The position numbers and the translations under genes were made by a program. Positions 53,740 through 64,000 of a stretch of DNA of 64,000 nt are shown here, piece after piece. Location of the stretch: contig OZ024742.1 in the NCBI GenBank assembly GCA_964016885.1, forward strand, positions 214,086,001 through 214,150,000. The letters run 5' to 3'. The notes below the pieces were generated by a model that was given only the letters and a program-made list of their open reading frames with translations, ran no database searches and was not told the origin of the DNA. Within the stretch, counting starts at the first letter, position 1. Every line of letters starts with the position of its first letter. The stretch comes from Eledone cirrhosa (taxonomy: Eukaryota).

Positions 53740-56521
53740 TGTGTGATATCATATTATGAAAGAATTTTCTCTCGATATGTAGTGGCAATGTCTATATTTT
53801 ACTACATAGTATTAATAATTGCTTTTACTTTTTGGCATAAATCCACCAATTATCTCAATGCATTACTGGTATTTTATTCTATCCGCCTCGTAAGGATGAA
53901 AAGCAAATTTAACGTCAGCGAGATTTGAACTCAGACGGTAAGGGCCGTAACTTTATGCTAATACACTAATATTCCACCGGTTTTATTCCCCCCCCCCCTC
54001 TCTTTATATATATATATATATATAGATATATATATATGTTGAGATGAAAGACAATGTTGCACCGTTGGTGTTAACATTTTGGAAATTAAAGCGATATAAC
54101 TAAATACCGAAAGGTATTTTATCAACCTTTTACTGGCTCCACCATCTACCGCCATTGATGTGGGAAATATTGATTTCTGACAAAAACAGAACGTGTACTT
54201 GATTAAGTAAATATTAGCAAACTTTATGCGTAGTGATAAAATGTGTTTCCAGTTTACTGGATAATTTCATGTAATTCCTGAATAAGTTGGAAAAATTAAA
54301 AATTAAAAAATATCTTTTAAATAAGTTTTCTAGCTAAGAATTTAGATCTGAGAATTTTCCACGCCATATACTGTTTATCATGAGCAAACATGCTAAATAT
54401 ATATGATATCAGTCAGTCATGTTTTATAGAATATATTCCTGGAGATATAATCAATATGTAATCTTTTTAAATATATCATATTGTAATTTCAGAAGTAGTA
54501 GAGAATAGTGAAGCCTAAATTATGTAATTGGGAAGCAAGATGATACACATTTAATACATAGCCTTTCACGCTTACCAAATTTCATTTATATGATTTGGTT
54601 ACTCATTGATACGAAACTCTTGTTCAACATGCCATGTATTGGGATTAAAGGCGGAATCATCGTCTTTCTAACATGTAATATTATTTACATTGTATGCATA
54701 TTTTTCGGCCTATCAATTAGAAAACAAATATCGGGTGTGATCTTATTGACTCACTTTAAGACCAAATGACAAATGAAATGTTCCGAAATATCAATTTCTT
54801 GAAGTTAAAAAGTTAAAAGTCCAAACCTTTTTGTCTAGGTCAGTGAGTATCCTAATAACTTAAAGAATGGGGTAGGGTAAATATTCACGGACTCTATCTA
54901 CATGAAGTGGAAATTCTAAAGTTAGTGCTTAGATCTGGCAATTATACCATCTGCTTCTTTCATTGATTAGTTAAAACTAATCACCATCTCTTTCAAGTCA
55001 TATTTGTTTACTAATACTGCTAAATACTATGTTTAACTGATGAGAGATGATGAGAGTGAAATATGCCTACAATTATCAGCGTATAAAAAGAAAAGTTGTT
55101 CACAGATTGTCTTTAAATATAGTTTTACTAGATAGGGTTTGTCGGGCGCTAAACTATAGTTATATTATTGCTATGCGTACCACAAGAGGGAGCCTGTCTA
55201 TTTTCTTATATGACTTAGTCAAAGGATGAAGCCGAGCGTTCATGCCATACATCCCAGTCTGCTGAGCGGAGAGAAATGAAAAGCCCCGATTAAAGATTGG
55301 TGCGGAAACATGGAGTAGAACAAAATATTGAGTTACGCACACAAAGGAGACCTAGAATTAATGTTTGAACAGAGTGGGATCCAGTGACGGTACTCAAGTT
55401 CCAGGTTGTAGAGCTATATCGACTGCCGATGAAATCTAAAGTCTATGAAAGGGGACAGTCTGTTTAATTAACTTCCTTTTCAATTTTCGTCTACTAAGTT
55501 TAATATGAAGAATCTTCGGTCGGCCAGTGGATTAATCAGTACTTGTTCGGTTCCGAACCCGGAAACATTAGATTGCATCCAAAATTATAGACAAAGAAGT
55601 TGCACTAATACCATCTTTGAGACATGAACGTTCTTTGTTTCTCTCTTCTAGGATATGCTTAAAAATTGAGATATATTAAGGCATAAATACATACACACAT
55701 AATATACATACATACGTACATACTTACATACATAGACACTAACTATACATACATACCTACATACATACATACATACATACATACATACGTATATACATAA
55801 ATTCATACGTACATGCATGCGTATTTACATATATACATGCATATTTATTACACATAACACTCATAATAATATGTTTCTCATAGCTGTTGAAACAGAAAAT
55901 ATAAAAATATATACAGTTATCGAGGTGAATTATACTGCAAATGTGAACATTTCTTCCAAACATTATTGAGAAAAGGAACAACTGCTTCGAAACCGACAGC
56001 TTCCCGATACAGTTTATAAATCTCCATTTATATCACCAATTATTGGTGCAAATGTTTATCTGACAATTTCGAAAAGCTGGAATTTTCAGGCAAAGTAAAT
56101 GGCCAACTAACATGCACTTTATAAATACAATCTGTAAATGAAGGAGGAAAAACACGCATGTTTCGAAAGTTCAACATGTAATACGAATCATATGCAAAGT
56201 CCAACGAAAGAGATTTTTTTCTCACTTTATTAGAAACCAGCTCCTTTCTCATCGAAAGAATTCAAATTACTTTTAAAAAAGAGTAATTACATGCACCTAT
56301 AGATACATGCATACAAAATTGCATAAGTGTGTAGGACCGCACATGCATACATACTTGCATGTGTAAAAGTATACATATCTGCACACAGAGTTGCTTGTAT
56401 ACCCACATGCTGAGGAACGTATATAGTGAATTTATAGAACATATGCAAATATATGCATACACATTTGGATAGATGTACTCAGAGATAGACACACATAGAC
56501 ACACGCTCTCTCTTTCCTTCC

Positions 56522-56605
<84 letters not shown>

Positions 56606-57033
56606 CTCACTTTCTAATGGCTACACATCTCACACACATACGTACTTATAGAAAAACATTAATTCGTTTAACGCGAGAAGCAATCTCAGCGTTTTAGCCG
56701 AAACGGTAAAAGGAAGAGAGGATTTTTAATTGATCTACTTCAAGGACCAGTGACTGGTAAATCTATGCTTTCTTCATGCATGGGTGGTTTAATACCGCAG
56801 GAGATGTTGTAAGTTAGTGGGCGGTGCGTATAAATATGATGGCGGTTGGATAGAAGGATTATGTGAGTGTCGGTGTGTGTGTATGTGAGGGATAGAGAGA
56901 GATAGATAAATGAGAGAGAGAGAGAGAGTAATACAGAGACAGAGACAGAGAAGAGAGAGAGAAGAAGCGGAGTATAGTAGAAAATAGACATAGTTATACA
57001 TACAAACACACACACACACATATATATCTATAT

Positions 57034-57148
<115 letters not shown>

Positions 57149-57309
57149 AAATAGTGTAGAAACAAAAAAAAGTGTAATTGTTACGTGTGGAAGAGTAATG
57201 TAAGGTATTACTGCTCGACATTTCCTGGTAGAGAATGAGAAGTGATGAGATAATTAGACACGGAAGAACACTTAGCGAAAGACAGTATAGGAAAGGATAA
57301 GTTTAAGTG

Positions 57310-57377
<68 letters not shown>

Positions 57378-58594
57378 TTGTGTTTGTGTATGTGTATACA
57401 ATAGTGCGAACAGACTATCTTGAAGGTAGTGTGTTTTGCATAATCGTTATATTCTGTATTCCGACAGTTGTAGATGAAAATATTAATGATAAACGCAGTG
57501 GGACATTTTTCCTGATTTGTGGAAGCAATTAGATATATGTATATACAAACATAATGAGTTGTTATTTAGTTTGTTAGTTTCGGTCTGAGGTCGTGTAAGA
57601 TATATCATGAGAAATATGTTTTTTTATATTTCATCTACATTTTATGCTTTTATCTGTAGTTTCATTTAATGATACTTTATGCATTCGCGACATTAGGGAG
57701 AGCTAGTGGGTCGCCGATAATGAAGGTCTAAGAAAGAATAAGAGAATGGAAGAAAAAAAAATGAAAATTTAAAATAAAACTGTTTTCTACAACAAAAATA
57801 TAAACAGAACAACAAAAGATGTGTATAGATAGTTAAATCTGTATACAAAAGGGGGAGATGAATGGGTAATGTGTGATAGTAGCAGGTATCCTTTATCACA
57901 ATATACATTGATGTCTCGATTTAAAAGATCACCATACATATTGGAGCGAAATGTAGAAGGTATCCTGCTATGAATATCTGGACATAAAGATGTCCAGCAT
58001 AATCAATTCACATCAGAACACTCATGGGACAGAAAATAATTCAAACCTTGAGAGTTAGTAAACTTCTTGCATACTGATTTGAGACTCACATTACAATATC
58101 GTCCTCACATATGGATAGTGCTGTTGCACCAAACACGGGCATCTAAGATCACTCAAATAATTAGGATAAAATCGATGAGAAATGTACTCCAGCGTCCGAC
58201 CATCAAATATACCGTCACATTTCTCTGCCGACCTTTCTACAACCACAGTGCACCGTATCGGTTGTGTATGAATGGCATATGCCTCCTTCAATCATGCACT
58301 TCCACTTTACTCGTCTTTTGCATCTCGTCAGCCACACTTTGTCCCGACATTCACCACACTAACTACCACAACTAAGCCTTTCTTTGTAGGAAGTCAGCCT
58401 TCTAAATTTGCCTAGCCCCTATAAGTTTTCCTGCAGTCACCGTATTGTAAATGTTGAGGATGTACTCACAGATCCATTCCGACTTTTTCAAACAAAATAT
58501 TCCCTGTCCAATATAAGTCATTCAGCACATACGCAAAGGTGCGTGAACACACACACACACACAGATACTTTCTCTCCCTCTCTCTCACACACGT

Positions 58595-59925
58595 TCATCC
58601 AGCTTGGATACCTCCGCCCCCATCTTGATCCAAGCTGCTCTCACCCGCGCCCGTGAAACAGACCGCACCACAGCCCTTTCACCTCACCCCCGCCCTCCCA
58701 ACACCCGTGTTACTTTCCCTCTCACCTACACCCCAGCACCCTACCACTCCGGCGACATATCCTCCGTTCCTTCCGTATCCTCTATTGTAACCCCGTCAAT
58801 TCTCGCTTTTTTCCAACCCCACCCATTACGGCTTTTAAGCGCACCCGCAACCTCCGCGACCTGGTTCGCAGTTCCTCTTCGTTCTCTCCCACGATTCCAC
58901 TCGGCTCTTATCCTTGTTCCCGTTCCCGCTACAACACTTGTCTCTTTATTTCCACTCTCACGACTGGAAATGGCCATAACGTTATGGCCTCTCACGACAG
59001 GCCATAACGGGTCTTTCCGTATCCGACATTCCTTCACCTGCATATCCACTCACGTTGTCTATGCCCTCCAGTGTTTCCTTTGCGGGTCTTTATATAGCGG
59101 ACAATCGGTACGCCGTATGGCGGACCGTTTTGCCGAACATTTGAGGGACATCAGACTCGGTTTGGAAACTCATGTCGCCCGTAATTTGTGTGCTCCTGGT
59201 CATTCTTCCCAATATGTTTCAGTCCTGGGTGTCCTTTTACATCATGGATCACAGGCCTCACGCACCAGGACTGAACAAAGTCTGATTCACCGCCTTGGGT
59301 CCTATTCCCATCTTGAACTTAACTCACCTCCCCAATTTCTCTAATACTCCATCCATTATCACACTCCTAGATTCCTATCACTTTCTCTTGATCATTAGCA
59401 GGTTCTCTACATGCCGATACACACCCTTATATTAACATACTTTTGCTCATAGCTTCGTACTTACATGCACACACACTCTTTTGCTCACATATACACACAC
59501 ATTTCTTCTTAGTTACGTACGGACCTATAATAACACACACACACACACACCACACACATACACACAAACACATGCTTACGCACGTGCTCAAGTATAGTTC
59601 TTTTTATAAAACGCTTTTTTTGCATTTCAGGTAGATGCGCTCCATGATCCAGTTTTCTAAAAAAACAAATCATACACAAAACGCCAGCACCAACCGTTTT
59701 ACAAGAGATGTCAACATGAATGGACCTGTTGTTTTTATCTAAAAACATTTTTTCCAATTCCACCCCGCCCGTCCCCTCAATCTATTTTATTTCTCATTCT
59801 TTCTTCTGATGAAAGACTAGCTTCCGAAATGTTAAGACAATCTCCCTGTATATCAAGCGTTAACCTAATATATACCTTCCATATACTGTACCGATTGTGT
59901 TGTTATTTCTGTTTACCTTTTACAT
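58595..59925 (+). mobile_element. 5'-truncated Neptune-type PLE (GIY-YIG domain + 3' pLTR)
   Basis: ORF 58604-59344 ends with FTCISTHVVYALQCFLCGSLYSGQSVRRMADRFAEH...EQSLIHRLGS...LN. HHR at 59802-59837, then (TA)n. Confidence 0.8.
59802..59837 (+). ncRNA. Minimal hammerhead ribozyme (slightly decayed)
   Basis: tctt CTGATGA aag actag cttcc GAAA tg TT aaga. Confidence 0.6.
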
Positions 59926-59953
59926 ATATATATATATATATATAAGTATGTAA

Positions 59954-60282
59954 AATCTGGCAGGAAGGTATACGTTGCTGACGATAGCTAATAAACTTGA
60001 AACTAGTACAGCGTTCCTTTGTCAGTGTTAAGCACACGAGCAACGATGGTTGCTAGACACTACGGCTTAATACGGGATGTTTGTTTACAAACACACTGAG
60101 CATTATAATAAATGTTCGGTGAATCCATACGTACATATATATATGTGTGCATGTATGTATATATATATACATACTACTGTACGTCTGTATACATATATGT
60201 ATGTACATGTACATACTTATATTTAAGTAACAGCCGTACTAAGAGTGGGAAATGAAATTTCGTTTCATTTTTTCCGTTTATA
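59954..60282 (+). mobile_element. Dispersed solo copy of the 422-bp HHR unit (HHR at 59972-60014)
   Basis: Near-identical to the array unit. Flanked by (TA)n and ends at the same ...cgttta(TA)n junction as the array end at 41938. Confidence 0.88.
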
Positions 60283-60428
60283 TATATATATATATTAGAA
60301 AGTGAGGTATTTTTACAAAATCAAAAATAACCGAGGTCTCCTACACGAGTGAAAGTATAAGGAAAAAAGATGAAATCGAAAAGTTTAAAAAATAACACTC
60401 CAGTTGCATTTTCGATTTCATCTTTTTT

Positions 60429-60457
<29 letters not shown>

Positions 60458-60459
<2 letters not shown>

Positions 60460-62219
60460 AGAACAAGTAAGACCCCGACGGCTGAGCTCAAGCCATTTCG
60501 ACGGCTAATTCTGGACTGAATGAAAATTTATTCTGGTAAGTCGATGTTGTGTTTTCGCATGGTGCGGGTGAAAGAAATTGAGCTTAGCGGAAAAGTCTGG
60601 ATACGGCGTGGTAAGGTCGGAAAGTGCTCTACTACGGGGATAGGAGCTAGATAACGAAGGAAATGTGGTAAGGAACCAGGTGGACCATAACGCACCAAAG
60701 TACTCAATACTTAGGTAGTAGAGTGGGTAATAAGAACAAGTAAGACCTCGACGGCTGAGCTCAAGCCGTTTCGACGGCTAATTCTGGACTGAATGAAAAT
60801 TTATTCTGGTAAGTCGATGTTGTGTTTTCGCATGGTGCGGGTGAAAGAAATTGAGCTTAGCGGAAAAGTCTGGATACGGCGTGGTAAGGTCGGAAAGTGC
60901 TCTACTACGGGGATAGGAGCTAGATAACGAAGGAAATGTGGTAAGGAACCAGGTGGACCATAACGCACCAAAGTACTCAATACTTAGGGTAGTAGAGTGG
61001 GTAATAAGAACAAGTAAGACCCCGACGGCTGAGCTCAAGCCATTTCGACGGCTAATTCTGGACTGAATGAAAATTTATTCTGGTAAGTCGATGTTGTGTT
61101 TTCGCATGGTGCGGGTGAAAGAAATTGAGCTTAGCGGAAAAGTCTGCATACGGCGTGGTAAGGTCGGAAAGTGCTCTACTACGGGGATAGGAGCTAGATA
61201 ACGAAGGAAATGTGGTAAGGAACCAGGTGGACCATAACGCACCAAAGTACTCAATACTTAGGTAGTAGAGTGGGTAATAAGAACAAGTAAGACCTCGACG
61301 GCTGAGCTCAAGCCGTTTCGACGGCTAATTCTGGACTGAATGAAAATTTATTCTGGTAAGTCGCTGTTGTGTTTTCGCATGGTGCGGGTGAAAGAAATTG
61401 AGCTTAGCGGAAAAGTCTAGATACGGCGTGGTAAGGTGGGAAAGTGCTCTACTACGGGGATAGGAGCTAGATAACGAAGGAAATGTGGTAAGGAACCAGG
61501 TGGACCATAACGCACCATAGTACTCAACACTTAGGGTAGTAGAGTGGGTAATAAGAACAAGTAAGACCCCGACGGCTGAGCTCAAGCCGTTTCGACGGCT
61601 AATTCTGGACTGAATGAAAATTTATTCTGGTAAGTCGATGTTGTGTTTTCGCATGGTGCGGGTGAAAGAAATTGAGCTTAGCGGAAAAGTCTGGATACGG
61701 CGTGGTAAGGTCGGAAAGTGCTCTACTACGGGGATAGGAGCTAGATAACGAAGGAAATGTGGTAAGGAACCAGGTGGACCATAACGCACCAAAGTACTCA
61801 ATACTTAGGTAGTAGAGTGGGTAATAAGAACAAGTAAGACCTCGACGGCTGAGCTCAAGCCGTTTCGACGGCTAATTCTGGACTGAATGAAAATTTATTC
61901 TGGTAAGTCGATGTTGTGTTTTCGCATGGTGCGGGTGAAAGAAATTGAGCTTAGCGGAAAAGTCTGGATACGACGTGGTAAGGTCGGAAAGTGCTCTACT
62001 ACGGGGATAGGAGCTAGATAATTTCTTTCACCCGCTCCATGCGAAAACACAACATCAACTTACCAGAATAAATTTTCATTCAGTCCAGAATTAGCCGTCG
62101 AAACGGCTTGAGCTCAGCCGTCGGGGTCTTACTTGTTCTTATTACCCACTCTACTACCCTAAGTATTGAGTACTTTGGTGCGTTATGGTCCACCTGGTTC
62201 CTTACCACATATCCTTCGT

Positions 62220-62223
<4 letters not shown>
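60458..62223. repeat. Tandem array of 273/274-bp units (~5.7 copies) with terminal inversion; PLE pLTR-like
   Basis: gaacaagtaagacc at about 60461, 60734, 61008, 61281, 61555 and 61828. Inverted segment ~62020-62223, then (TA)n. Related fragments at 28729-28870 and 34225-34258. Confidence 0.93.
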
Positions 62224-62300
<77 letters not shown>

Positions 62301-62905
62301 ACACACATATATATATATATTTACAAACACACACATTTATATGGTTGCGTATGTATCTGTGCACGAACGCTGATGACCATGTCTTTCAAGGTTTAAGGAT
62401 ACATTGCTGGTTGCACAATTCTTAGTTATCATCTTTGGGACTGATGAGTATTTTGTGGACTTCCAGTGTAGAATCGAATTATTTACGCAGAGAAATGTAC
62501 AGTCGACGAACACGCTTTGAATACATGAGAAAATTATTGTCCATTCACTCAACTAGACGGAAAGAGTAGATAGCCAGTTTTTCCATGCATGCTTGTGATA
62601 TGAACACTTTCAAAGGGGTATTGTCTATGCTTGTGAGTCTATGTGTGTGTCAGATAGAGCGTAAATAGCATATTGCATTTGCATGTTTTCCTGCCATCAT
62701 AATAATGATTAGTTGTAGTCTTGGTGAATCGTGAGTAGCTTTTTATGTCTTAAAAATTGCATAGAACATAAATAACTTTATATAGCATACATCCCATACA
62801 TACTTCCATTTTACTCACACACACACAAACAGACACACAAAAGTATACACATCTCTTACTATCTCCTCTCTCCCCCTCTTTCTCTTTCTTTTTGTACCCC
62901 CCTCT

Positions 62906-62946
<41 letters not shown>

Positions 62947-63209
62947 GTATAGTATTCTGGTGGAATAAATGAATATTTAAAATATAGAATCGAGGTATTG
63001 AAGCCTCAGCTTGGAATAAATGAATATATAAATAAACTACTGGATGTATTGAGTACATTTGGCTCTCGTTTTAACGATAAACACGTACATGCATACATGC
63101 ATACATGCATACATGCATGCATACATGCATGCAAACACGATACATACATACATGCACCTATACATGCAAATATACATACACTTATATGTACATACATATA
63201 TATATCTCC

Positions 63210-63312
<103 letters not shown>

Positions 63313-64000
63313 CCGATACTGTTTTGTATACCGAATAAAATAAGCTGGCGGCGTTTCACACGGTCTCATGGGTGATAAAGTAATTTGAAACATGTCAATC
63401 AGATGAGATCATTCTAGCAATTAATTGACGAAATACTTTGTAATGAAGTTTAAAATCTAAAAATATCTCGTATGAGATATAGCTCCAATACGATCAGTTG
63501 CTAAACAAATTTACACAATACGGACAATGCATATTGCAGCAGGACTTGTCTTTCAAATCAACTGGTGAAAACAATGAAACTGTTTCACTCTTATGAGAAC
63601 TCCACAGTAAGACTTTTTATATTCAGTCGGCAAGACGAAGTTGCCACTGACAGATGCGGACGCTCTGCCACTACTACTGCATTCCTGCATGCATGACTAC
63701 ATGTACACCTAATTTCTTACTCACTTCACGTCGTATGATACATCACTTTCATTTTCGTTTTCTTTCTACTCTTCCAGTACTTTATCTCATCTAATTTCAC
63801 TCTTTCCTGTCGAAGGACAAACGGCGTGTACGTTGACATATTTTTTTACTTTTCCCCACAAGCGTAATTCTCCTCCGTGATCGTCTTTCTTTTGACCTTG
63901 GATTATGTATATGTATATATAATTGAATAAACAAGAGAGATGAACACTAATATACGTGTTCGAATCGTAAGGACCAAGTTTGCTAGGGTGAAAAATACTA

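Overview
This is AT-rich, microsatellite-dense eukaryotic DNA with no convincing host gene. The tRNA-SINE family and the (TA)n/(TATG)n/(CA)n landscape look cephalopod (Octopus-like); that assignment is inference. The window is dominated by Penelope-like elements (PLEs) inserted in (TA)n tracts: a long-ORF, 5'-truncated Naiad-type RT+GIY-YIG element (36967-40570), a near-full-length decayed Neptune-type element (29669-34218), and several fragments and fold-back pLTR remnants. RTE and R4/Dong-like LINE relics, tRNA-SINEs and a (TATG)n-tailed RTE-derived element are also present. Reading the non-coding DNA by eye reveals about 25 minimal type I hammerhead ribozyme (HHR) motifs in at least 10 sequence families. 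The most striking structure is a 4.4-kb, nearly homogeneous tandem array of 422-bp non-coding units (41938-46368), each carrying an HHR with a palindromic stem III. This is a retrozyme-like array, 1.4 kb from the Naiad element, with a dispersed solo copy. Other notable items are a second 273/274-bp array carrying only half a hammerhead, and two independent HHR families with a compensatory U3:A8 core. All calls were made by eye, with no database searches or folding runs; boundaries are approximate.
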